NCBI GenBank assembly: GCA_964526535.1 | Contig: CAZGIU010000001.1 | Location: 1 to 37,263, forward strand | Reading direction: 5' to 3' | DNA length: 37,263 bases | Source of the DNA: an uncultured Candidatus Saccharibacteria bacterium | Lineage (GTDB): Bacteria > Patescibacteriota > CPR2_A > CG2-30-33-46 > CAZGIU01 | In this document: positions 7,416-15,066 of the stretch, one piece after another | Numbering within the stretch: position 1 is the first letter of the stretch | Layout: the number at the start of each line of letters is the position of its first letter | Position numbers and translations under genes: made by a program | The notes under the pieces: model-generated | Database searches by the model: none | What the model saw: the letters and a program-made list of their open reading frames with translations, nothing else | What the model was told of the DNA's origin: nothing

Positions 7416-8092
7416 TTTGATTCTCGTTCTATCTTGCCATCTAAGATATGAATAGTTTTTTGGGCATAATCGGCAATTTTCTGATCATGAGTAATTATAA
7501 CAATAGTTTTGCCCTCTTTGTTAAGGTTAAGTAAAATTTTCATAATTTCTTGACCACTCTTTGAGTCTAAATTACCAGTTGGCTCATCTGCTAAAACTAT
7601 TTCAGGGTCATTAATTAATGCCCTGGCAATAGCCACTCTCTGCATTTCACCACCAGATAGCTCTGACGGTTTATGTTTCTGTCTGTCGGACAACCCCACT
7701 TTTTTCAATAAATCATTGGCTCTTTTTTGAGCAATTTTTTTAGAAACAGAGGAATAAGAAGTTGGCATTAAAACATTGGAAAGAGCTGTAGCCCTAGACA
7801 ATAAGTTAAACTGCTGAAAAATAAAACCTATTTTTTTAAGTCTTAGGCGAGCTAATTTTCTATCCGGCATTTTCATATCAATCTTTTCGCCCTCAATAAA
7901 CAAATCTCCCCTGGTAGGTCTATCTAAAAGTCCAATAATATGCATTAGGGTTGATTTTCCCGAACCAGAAGGCCCCATAATTGCGACAATAGAACCTTTT
8001 TGAATTTTAAGAGATACGCCACAAACAGCCTTAACTTTAAGCTTGCCTGTTTGATAAACTTTATCAATATTCTTAAGTTCAATTTGAATCAT
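7412..8092 (-). CDS. ABC transporter ATP-binding protein, MacB/LolD-like (226 aa)
   Basis: 'MIQIELKNIDKVY', Walker A 'GPSGSGKST', signature 'LSGGEMQRVAIARAL', Walker B 'VLADEPTGNLD', H-loop 'ITHD'. The start is set at ATG 8090-8092; the track's 30-aa N-terminal extension is low-complexity and runs through the promoter region. Confidence 0.92.
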   Translation of the reverse strand: MIQIELKNIDKVYQTGKLKVKAVCGVSLKIQKGSIVAIMGPSGSGKSTLMHIIGLLDRPTRGDLFIEGEKIDMKMPDRKLARLRLKKIGFIFQQFNLLSRATALSNVLMPTSYSSVSKKIAQKRANDLLKKVGLSDRQKHKPSELSGGEMQRVAIARALINDPEIVLADEPTGNLDSKSGQEIMKILLNLNKEGKTIVIITHDQKIADYAQKTIHILDGKIERESK

Positions 8093-8099
8093 TAATTTG

Positions 8100-8108
8100 A
8101 TTCTAACA
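8100..8108 (-). promoter_or_regulatory. Extended -10 element (TGtTAGAAT) 7 nt upstream of the ABC ATPase ATG
   Basis: The minus-strand reading is cTGtTAGAATcaaattaATG. There is no Shine-Dalgarno sequence between the element and the ATG. The geometry predicts a leaderless transcript. Confidence 0.45.
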
Positions 8109-8121
8109 GAAAAGAAATAAC

Positions 8122-8150
8122 TTGAGAAGAAGTTTGATTGTTGATATAAT
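8122..8150 (+). promoter_or_regulatory. Sigma70-type promoter for the pilus operon (TTGAGA-17 nt-TGaTATAAT)
   Basis: -35 TTGAGA (8122-8127), 17-nt spacer ending in TGa, and a perfect -10 TATAAT (8145-8150). AAGGAG (8166-8171) precedes the GTG start at 8176. Confidence 0.6.
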
Positions 8151-8175
8151 ATCTTGAGTAAAAACAAGGAGCGAG

Positions 8176-9900
8176 GTGGCAACTTCTCAAAAAAGGATAG
8201 AAGATATTTTGTTAAAGGCTGGCGTTATTCAAAACCAGCTATTAGATGCTAAAGCAGAACAGAAAAAAAGTGGCAAACCATTAGTTGAAATCCTAAAAGA
8301 AAAGAAAGCTTTTTCTGAAAAAGATTATGTAAAAATAAGAGCTGAACTTTTAGGAGTTCCCTTTGTAGATTTATCAAGTCTAACTATTGAACAAAATATC
8401 CTAAAACATATCCCAGAAGAAGTTGCAAAAAAATATCAAATTGTTTGCTTTGAAATAAACAAAGATACAAAGGCCCTAAAAATAGCAACCATTAAACCTG
8501 AAGATTATGTTACTTTAGAATTTTTACAAAAAATTATTGGCCAAGAAATTGAACCTTATCTGGCCATTAACTCAGAAATAGTAAAAATATTAAATCAATA
8601 CTCAGGCATCCAAACTGAGGTTGAAAAAGCTATCGAGAGCGAAAATTTATTACCTTCTAACAAGAAAGAGATTGAAAAAATAACTAAAGTTGATGCTATT
8701 CGGCAAGACTCTCCTTTGGCCAAACTGGTTGATACTATTTTTGAACACGCTGTAATTGGCGGAGCTTCTGATATTCACATAGAGCCAACCACTAAAACCT
8801 TAGATGTTAGATATCGCTTAGATGGAATTTTAAGAAGAACCATTACATTACCTATGGACATTCATAAAGCGGTAGTTTCAAGAATTAAGATACTTTCTGA
8901 TCTAAAAATCGATGAAGCTAGAATCCCTCAAGACGGACGTTTTCATGGAGTTTATGGTGACAGAGAAATTGACTTTCGTGTTTCCACTTTTCCCACCGTT
9001 AATGGTGAAAAAGTAGTAATGCGTATTTTAGATAAATCAACTGGTATTTTAACGTTAGAACAATTAGGCGTTAAGGGAAAACCTTATGATATTCTACAAA
9101 CCAACATTCATAAACCTCATGGCATGACCTTAGTTACTGGTCCTACTGGTGCTGGTAAATCTACCACTTTATATGCCATTATAGGTATTCTTAATAATGT
9201 GGGAATTAATATAGTAACCCTGGAAGACCCAGTTGAATATTATATTGACGGTATAAACCAATCTCAAGTTAATCACGATATAAAATATGATTTTGCTACC
9301 GGCATTAGAGCTATAGTCCGCCAAGATCCAGACTGTATCATGATTGGTGAAATCCGTGACTTTGAAACAGCTGACATGGCAGTTCACGCCGCTTTAACTG
9401 GCCATATTGTACTTTCAACTCTTCATACCAATAATGCAGCTGGGGCCATACCTCGACTTATTGACATGGGAATAGAACCCTTTCTTTTATCTTCATCTAT
9501 TAATGTAGTTATTGCTCAAAGACTAGCTAGAAAAATTTGCCCACATTGCAAAACTGAATTAAAAGTGCCTAAAGAAATCATATCTAATCTCAAAATCGAT
9601 TTATCAATCTTGCCAAAAAACTATCAAGATAAACTTAAAGGCAAAGATTCTATTAGTATTTTCAAGGGTGAAGGTTGTAACTTATGTAATCAATCTGGCT
9701 ATAAAGGCCGGATTGGCATATTTGAAATATTGCCATTAGAAGGAGAAGCCGAAGACCTGACTAATCAAAAAGTAGACGCCAAAAAAATAGAAGAAGCCGC
9801 TATTAGAAATGGCATGATAACCTTAAAACAAGATGGTGTAATGAAGGTTTTAGATGGCATCACCTCTATGGAGGAATTCTGGAGAGTTATTTCAGAATAA
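8176..9900 (+). CDS. pilB: Type IV pilus / type II secretion assembly ATPase, GspE/PilB family (574 aa)
   Basis: T2SSE N-terminal domain, Walker A 'GPTGAGKST', 'IMIGEIRD', 'TGHIVLSTLHTN', and the tetracysteine motif 'CPHC...CNLC'. GTG start with a Shine-Dalgarno sequence. Confidence 0.93.
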   Translation: MATSQKRIEDILLKAGVIQNQLLDAKAEQKKSGKPLVEILKEKKAFSEKDYVKIRAELLGVPFVDLSSLTIEQNILKHIPEEVAKKYQIVCFEINKDTKALKIATIKPEDYVTLEFLQKIIGQEIEPYLAINSEIVKILNQYSGIQTEVEKAIESENLLPSNKKEIEKITKVDAIRQDSPLAKLVDTIFEHAVIGGASDIHIEPTTKTLDVRYRLDGILRRTITLPMDIHKAVVSRIKILSDLKIDEARIPQDGRFHGVYGDREIDFRVSTFPTVNGEKVVMRILDKSTGILTLEQLGVKGKPYDILQTNIHKPHGMTLVTGPTGAGKSTTLYAIIGILNNVGINIVTLEDPVEYYIDGINQSQVNHDIKYDFATGIRAIVRQDPDCIMIGEIRDFETADMAVHAALTGHIVLSTLHTNNAAGAIPRLIDMGIEPFLLSSSINVVIAQRLARKICPHCKTELKVPKEIISNLKIDLSILPKNYQDKLKGKDSISIFKGEGCNLCNQSGYKGRIGIFEILPLEGEAEDLTNQKVDAKKIEEAAIRNGMITLKQDGVMKVLDGITSMEEFWRVISE

Positions 9901-9914
9901 GAAACAATCTGTCT

Positions 9915-10355
9915 ATGCTCAAAAAAGGTTTTACTGTAATGGAAATGATTTTAGTAATGAGTGTTCTGGGTTTTTTAATGGCTATGGTTATTCCCAATAT
10001 GAGTCGATGGTATGCCTCTTTAAAAATTAACAATGCCAAAAGAGATTTAATTTCTAACATAAGGTTAGTTCAGCAATACACTGTAACTTCCCAAATAAAT
10101 CACTCTGTTAAACTTGACGTGGCTCAAAACAGATACCAACTAATTAAAAAAAATGAACCTGACCAAGTTTTAAAAACTATTTTTTTGCCAAATAGCATAA
10201 GCTTTAATCTAATAACTCTTAATCCCCTAAACAATGAAATAGAATTTAATGCAGCTGGAGTCCCCTCATCTATTGGCAATATAAACCTAACCAATAACTA
10301 TGGAATCATCAAAGGCATAGAAATAACTCCAAGTGGTTTTGTAAAGGAGATATAA
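9915..10355 (+). CDS. Prepilin-type minor pilin, GspH/FimT-like (146 aa)
   Basis: Class III signal 'MLKKG|FTVMEM' (Gly-1, Glu+5) followed by a hydrophobic helix. The C-terminal pattern '...IEFNAAGVPS...IEITPSGFV' resembles GspH/FimU. Confidence 0.75.
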   Translation: MLKKGFTVMEMILVMSVLGFLMAMVIPNMSRWYASLKINNAKRDLISNIRLVQQYTVTSQINHSVKLDVAQNRYQLIKKNEPDQVLKTIFLPNSISFNLITLNPLNNEIEFNAAGVPSSIGNINLTNNYGIIKGIEITPSGFVKEI

Positions 10356-10364
10356 AAAATTCTT

Positions 10365-10769
10365 ATGAAAAAAGGCTTTACCCTGATAGAAGCAATTATG
10401 GCGATGGCAATTTTTTCGGTTGGCATAATGGCAGTCCTAACGGTTTTCCCAAAAGGAATTAGTCTAGGTCGCGAAGCTAAAGAAATTACCGTTGCCACTC
10501 AACTTGCTCAGGAAAAAATAGAAGAAACTTTATCGCTAAGTTATGACGATATTCCAATTGGTCAGGTAGAAGCAAGATCTAAAATAGAAACTGACCCGGG
10601 GAGTCAATTTTATATTTATGAGAGAGAGGTAAATTCGGAACTAGTAGATGAAAACTTACTTGTTACCAATGATGATTTAGGTCTAAAAAAAATACAGGTT
10701 AAGGTATATTGGCAACAACCAGATGGTGAAAAAAACGTAGAATTAATAAGACTTTTAAATAGGCCGTAA
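10365..10769 (+). CDS. Prepilin-type minor pilin, GspI/PilV-like (134 aa)
   Basis: 'MKKG|FTLIEA' prepilin signal, 'ATQLAQEKIEE', and 'KKIQVKVYW' near the C-terminus. Confidence 0.72.
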   Translation: MKKGFTLIEAIMAMAIFSVGIMAVLTVFPKGISLGREAKEITVATQLAQEKIEETLSLSYDDIPIGQVEARSKIETDPGSQFYIYEREVNSELVDENLLVTNDDLGLKKIQVKVYWQQPDGEKNVELIRLLNRP

Positions 10770-11318
10770 ATGAACAAGAAAGGTTTCACAATTATTGAAG
10801 TTATAACTTCAGCTTCCATCGGAGCCATTGTTTTAGCAGTAGTTTATCTTAGTTTTTTAGCTGGTCAACAAATCCATCAAAGAGGAGTTATGAACGCTGA
10901 ATTAGCTCAAAATGGAAGAATCGCCCTTGACAGAATAACCAGGGAACTTAGACAAACAGGAGAAATAACTACTGCCCTTGAAGAAAACGAACCAATAACA
11001 CCTCAAACAGAAATTCAATTCGAAGATGGTCATAATGAAGAAATTCAATATATAACTTATTATTTAGATGGGACAGAACTTAAAAGAGAAATCGGTCATT
11101 ACTACTTCCCTTCTGATCCCAATACTTGGGTTTATGCGACCTCTACAGATTCTTTTGGTAATTTAGCTAATTATGAAATAGACGACGAACAAACCGTTTC
11201 ACAATTTATTACAAAGCTTACTTTTTATGGTATTTCTACTATAAATATAAACTTAACTGTTAGTAAAAACGACCGAAGTATTAACTTAAAAACTCAGGTT
11301 TTAGGTAGAAATTTATGA
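10770..11318 (+). CDS. Prepilin-type minor pilin, GspJ/PilW-like (182 aa)
   Basis: 'MNKKG|FTIIEV' prepilin signal, 'GRIALDRITRELRQ', and 'ITYYLDGTELKRE', typical of PulJ/PilW. Its start abuts the previous stop with a 0-nt gap. Confidence 0.72.
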   Translation: MNKKGFTIIEVITSASIGAIVLAVVYLSFLAGQQIHQRGVMNAELAQNGRIALDRITRELRQTGEITTALEENEPITPQTEIQFEDGHNEEIQYITYYLDGTELKREIGHYYFPSDPNTWVYATSTDSFGNLANYEIDDEQTVSQFITKLTFYGISTININLTVSKNDRSINLKTQVLGRNL

Positions 11319-12529
11319 TAATGGATAAAATAAATAATCAAAAGGGCGTAGTTTTAATATCTGTTATGCTAACCTTGGTACTAATTGGAGCCTTAGCAGC
11401 TTTTTTTATAGGCATTATGATATCTGAATTTAGAATATCAACTTCTAATAGAAGCGGGATAGTAAGTTTCTATGTAGCTGAATCTGGCATTCAGGAAGCT
11501 ATTTTCAGGGTTAAAAATGACCCAATTATTAGAGAATATTTTGATAATGGCACTATAGACTATACTTTTTCTAGAAGCCCCTTTATCTTAGCCAACACCT
11601 CCTATACAGTAACCATTTTAGCTGTCGTGCCAGGCGAAGCTGAGATAATAGCCACTGGCAAATACCAATCAGGCTTTTTTAACTCTCAGAGAATTGTTAA
11701 AATAAGAATTGTTACCGGCATAGCCCAGCCTCCAGATTGGCAAAATGCCTTATATGGAGCCAGAAATGTGGATATTTCTGGCAGTAGGATAAGAGTAGAT
11801 GGTGACATTTATGCAGCCAGAGGCGTCAATATCTGGAGCAGATCGCAGGTTAATATTTTGGGTGATGTTTATGCTATGAGTGATATTAGAGTATGGGGAT
11901 CATCCTCTTTAAATGTCTCAGGCGAAAAAAGGGCTAATAATTTTCCACCTCCTCCTGCTATTACGATTGAAATGCCTATGATAGATTTTGATTCAACTGA
12001 CCAAAGCTCTCTTTATAATCAGGCCACTCAAATTTATACACAACAACAGTTTTCAAATCTTTTATCAAGTAGACCAAATTTAACCTTAAACGGTATAATA
12101 TATGTAACTGGTAATATAGACATCAAAGAAACAAGAGTAACCGTCAATGGCGCTTTAATTGCTGATGGCAATGTAAAAATAGGAATGGTTAGCCCTAAGA
12201 GAGGTGAACCAAACCCTTCATTAACGGTTATTAGTCCGGGCGAAGGACAAATCTCAGGCCTACTGGCTAAATCAAAAATAGAAATAGGAGTTCATGCTAA
12301 AAGTATTTATATAGACGGACTTGTCTATTCTTTAGCTGAAACTAAATTCTTTAATTTTTCAGATACTGCTATTATTAATGGTGGCATAATTGGGGGCGAA
12401 ATAGCTATTACAAATTGTGCCGGTGCAAATCTTAAAATCAATTATAATCCTGATTACATAAGATCACTAATCGAAATTAATCAAGCCTCTCCCCCAGTAG
12501 AAATCGAACATTGGGAAGAAAGTTATTAA
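11315..12529 (+). CDS. PilX/GspK-like large pilus tip/minor-pilin protein with beta-helix-like repeats (404 aa)
   Basis: 'QKGVVLISVMLTLVLIGALAAFF...YVAESGIQEA' matches a PilX_N-type N-terminus (no Glu+5). Three tandem ~20-aa repeats: 'ARNVDISGSRIRVDGDIYA / ARGVNIWSRSQVNILGDVYA / MSDIRVWGSSSLNVSGEKRA'. ATGA overlap with the preceding gene. Confidence 0.65.
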   Translation: MIMDKINNQKGVVLISVMLTLVLIGALAAFFIGIMISEFRISTSNRSGIVSFYVAESGIQEAIFRVKNDPIIREYFDNGTIDYTFSRSPFILANTSYTVTILAVVPGEAEIIATGKYQSGFFNSQRIVKIRIVTGIAQPPDWQNALYGARNVDISGSRIRVDGDIYAARGVNIWSRSQVNILGDVYAMSDIRVWGSSSLNVSGEKRANNFPPPPAITIEMPMIDFDSTDQSSLYNQATQIYTQQQFSNLLSSRPNLTLNGIIYVTGNIDIKETRVTVNGALIADGNVKIGMVSPKRGEPNPSLTVISPGEGQISGLLAKSKIEIGVHAKSIYIDGLVYSLAETKFFNFSDTAIINGGIIGGEIAITNCAGANLKINYNPDYIRSLIEINQASPPVEIEHWEESY

Positions 12530-12558
12530 GTGAAATTGATTTGTAAATAAGTTATAAT
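12530..12558 (+). promoter_or_regulatory. Possible internal promoter before pilM (GTGAAA-17 nt-TATAAT)
   Basis: Perfect -10 TATAAT at 12553-12558, with a weak -35 GTGAAA at 12530-12535 and 17-nt spacing. This is the only 50-nt gap inside the pilus cluster. Confidence 0.3.
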
Positions 12559-12579
12559 ATAAAGAAGCAAACTTAAATT

Positions 12580-13650
12580 ATGTCATTTTTCAAAAACATA
12601 TTTACCAGCATAAAACTGCCATTTGGTTTAGATATTGGCTATACATCTGTTAGAGCTGTTCAGTTAGAAAAAAAAGGCAAATTAGTTCATTTGGCTGGTT
12701 ATGGAGAAACTCCAATTAAAGAAGGGGTGGTCTCTAGAGATAATATTAAAACCGATGAACTTGCTTTTGCTATTAAGCAAGTTTTAAGGGAAAGTAAAAT
12801 TAAACCAATTTCTTCTAAACAAGTTGTTTGTGCCCTGCCAGAATCAGAAATTTTTATAAAAACACTTCAATTACCCAAAATGGAAGATTCTGAGATAGAA
12901 GAAGTCATTAAGCTTGAAATAGAAAAAATAGTACCTTTCCCAATTGATCAATTATACTTAGATTACAAAAGAGTGCGCGAAGGTAGTCCAAAGGAAAATG
13001 ACAATATTATTGTAGTAGCTGGCCAACAAAAAATGATTCATTCATATATGGAGGCTCTAAAAAAAGCTGAGTTAGAAGTAATCGCTCTTGATGTAGAGCC
13101 AGCCGCTGTAGCTAGGGCTTTAATTAAAAACAGTGAAACAGAGAAAGACGCCTATGCTATTATCGATATAGGCGCAGATTCTACCACCATTACTCTCTAT
13201 GATTATGGTTCAATCCAAATTACAGGCTCAACTCATATTGCTGGCAATGAAATAACTGATAGCCTAGCTCAGGAGTTAAATTTAGAAAAATCTAAAGCTG
13301 AGGAAATTAAAAGACATATTATTAACTCTGACAGAAGAATAAAGCCTCAGTTATTTGAAAAAGCTGTTAAGCCTGTTTTAGAAAAACTATCTAAGGAAGT
13401 GGAAAGATCAATAAATTATTACCTTAATTTTATGAAAGACCCTCATGATATAAAAAAAATAATTGTTACTGGTGGCAACGCTCAACTTGGAGGTATCACA
13501 GATTTTTTTACTAAAAAATTTGATATTAAAACAGAGGTGGGAAATCCTTGGAACAATGTAACTGCCTATCCACTCAAAGCTATACCTAAAATTAAGGCTT
13601 CTCTTTACACCACCGCTATTGGCCTAGCCTTAAGGGAATTGGTTGAATAA
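12580..13650 (+). CDS. pilM: Type IV pilus assembly protein PilM (actin-like ATPase fold, 356 aa)
   Basis: 'GLDIGYTSVRAVQL', 'IIDIGADSTTITL', 'VTGGNAQLGGI', and '...ALRE' near the C-terminus. Followed by pilN and pilO. Confidence 0.88.
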   Translation: MSFFKNIFTSIKLPFGLDIGYTSVRAVQLEKKGKLVHLAGYGETPIKEGVVSRDNIKTDELAFAIKQVLRESKIKPISSKQVVCALPESEIFIKTLQLPKMEDSEIEEVIKLEIEKIVPFPIDQLYLDYKRVREGSPKENDNIIVVAGQQKMIHSYMEALKKAELEVIALDVEPAAVARALIKNSETEKDAYAIIDIGADSTTITLYDYGSIQITGSTHIAGNEITDSLAQELNLEKSKAEEIKRHIINSDRRIKPQLFEKAVKPVLEKLSKEVERSINYYLNFMKDPHDIKKIIVTGGNAQLGGITDFFTKKFDIKTEVGNPWNNVTAYPLKAIPKIKASLYTTAIGLALRELVE

Positions 13651-13651
13651 A

Positions 13652-14224
13652 ATGGTTAAATTAAACTTATTACCACCAAAAGAAAGAACCAAAAAACAAA
13701 CTATAAAAGAAAATTTTATTGGTTTGTTGCTATCATTAGTAACGATAGCAATTATAATAACCTTTGCTGTTTCTTTAATATTCATTCAAAATAGCATAAC
13801 CTCTGAAACTAAAATCACGGAAGACAATATTAAAAAACAAGAAGAAAGAAACTCGGCCTATAAAGAGGTTGAAAATACTATCATAGAGCTAAATGAAAAT
13901 ATTGAACTAATAACCAAGCTTGAAAAAACTAATGTAACCTGGTCAAAAATACTGGAAGAATTTAGGAATAAAATACCGCCAGAAGGAGAGCTAACGACCA
14001 TAACAGCCGCTCTACAAACCACGTCTGGTAAAAAAACTCAAACTTCTGGACCTATTATTATAACTTTAAATGGTACTGCCACAGGCTTATTCCCCATTGC
14101 CAAATATAGGGAATCATTAGCTACTTCAGAATATTTTGACTATGTTGATTTTGAAGCTGCTAATTCATCCCAAGGTGGCTTTATGGATTTTACCTTTAAA
14201 ATTAGGATAAAAAACAATGGGTGA
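13652..14224 (+). CDS. pilN: Type IV pilus assembly protein PilN (190 aa)
   Basis: The 'MVKLNLLPPKER' motif, followed by a single TM helix and a coiled coil. The track's start at 13643 is a TTG overlapping pilM; ATG 13652 gives the canonical N-terminus. Confidence 0.8.
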   Translation: MVKLNLLPPKERTKKQTIKENFIGLLLSLVTIAIIITFAVSLIFIQNSITSETKITEDNIKKQEERNSAYKEVENTIIELNENIELITKLEKTNVTWSKILEEFRNKIPPEGELTTITAALQTTSGKKTQTSGPIIITLNGTATGLFPIAKYRESLATSEYFDYVDFEAANSSQGGFMDFTFKIRIKNNG

Positions 14225-14795
14225 GAAAAAATTTCTTTATTATGCTCTTGGACTAACAACAATAATTGTTTTAATTATTGCCTATTTTTATATTTATCCG
14301 GAAGTTAATAAAATAAATAATGCTAAAAAAAATCTGGCCACCAAGCAAGCAACACTAATCTCATTAGAACAAAAAGAAACTATATTAAAGCAATTATCTA
14401 GAGATTATGATAAATATAGAGACAAAATAGATATTATAACCAGCTTATTCCCTTCCACTAAAGAAATATCCGACTATTTGACCCAGCTTGAAGGCTTATC
14501 ATCAAAAAGTAATATTAGAATCTTATCAGTTAAAGTTGCTAGCCAACAACAATCAAGCAAATCAACAGTGATTGTCCCAGACAAAACTCAACTTATTAAA
14601 GATGGTAATATGTACAAATTGCCACTTGATGTTCAAATAATAGCTAACAATTATTCAGATACCATCTCTTTTATTGCCAATTTGGAAAAAATATCTAGAT
14701 TTACAACAATTAGCAAGATAGCTATAAAAGAAAGCCAAGAAAATGGTAGAAATTTAATAGAAACAACTTTTAGTTCATTTATTTATGTAAAGTAG
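14217..14795 (+). CDS. pilO: Type IV pilus assembly protein PilO-like (192 aa)
   Basis: Single N-terminal TM helix, a coiled coil and a C-terminal alpha/beta domain. Assigned from its position after pilMN; 8-nt overlap with pilN. Confidence 0.65.
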   Translation: MGEKKFLYYALGLTTIIVLIIAYFYIYPEVNKINNAKKNLATKQATLISLEQKETILKQLSRDYDKYRDKIDIITSLFPSTKEISDYLTQLEGLSSKSNIRILSVKVASQQQSSKSTVIVPDKTQLIKDGNMYKLPLDVQIIANNYSDTISFIANLEKISRFTTISKIAIKESQENGRNLIETTFSSFIYVK

Positions 14796-14802
14796 TCTTA
14801 TT

Positions 14803-15066
14803 ATGAAACTAACTATTTCAAAAAAAGGTCAATTCTCCAGAAAAAGTATTTTAATTTCTTACACTTTTCTTATTTTAGTAGCCGCAATTGCTCTTGCCTA
14901 CTTTAGCTATTTTTTACTTAGCAGTCAATCAAAATCAGAAACAATTAAAAAAAGTACTATAGTTATCCAAGAAGAAAAAATTGAAGAATTAGATAACTAT
15001 CAATACCATGGTAAAAAAATAGATCCACTTATATCTATCGGACGCAGCGAACCATTTCAAAGATAA
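14803..15066 (+). CDS. Small single-pass membrane protein, last gene of the pilus cluster (87 aa); possible PilP-like component
   Basis: TM helix 'ILISYTFLILVAAIALAYFSYFLL'. The C-terminus 'GRSEPFQR' recalls the R-D/N-P-F motif of PilP-type proteins. The 3' end overlaps the uvrC 3' end by 10 nt. Confidence 0.4.
   Translation: MKLTISKKGQFSRKSILISYTFLILVAAIALAYFSYFLLSSQSKSETIKKSTIVIQEEKIEELDNYQYHGKKIDPLISIGRSEPFQR

Noticed and set aside
8093-8182. 30-aa N-terminal extension of the ABC ATPase ORF (MPPRSLFLLKILYQQSNFFSSYFFSVRIKL)
   Set aside because: It would overlap the pilB promoter and start codon. It is low-complexity and absent from ABC ATPases. The canonical 'MIQIELKN' start at 8092 fits.
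8194-8262. MshEN-type c-di-GMP binding motif in the PilB N-terminus (RIEDILLKAGVIQNQLLDAKAEQ)
   Set aside because: Only a partial match to RLGxx(L/V/I)(L/V/I)xxG(L/V/I)(L/V/I)xxxxLxxxLxxQ: Gly3 is Glu and the spacing to Gln is off by one. Consistent with a generic T2SSE_N domain.
9169-9387. 72-aa minus-strand ORF
   Set aside because: Antisense inside the pilB ATPase core. Shadow ORF.
10298-10498. 66-aa minus-strand ORF
   Set aside because: Antisense across the junction of two minor pilin genes. Its hydrophobic stretch is the mirror of the pilin helix. Shadow ORF.
10616-10828. 70-aa minus-strand ORF
   Set aside because: Antisense across the GspI-like/GspJ-like junction. Shadow ORF.
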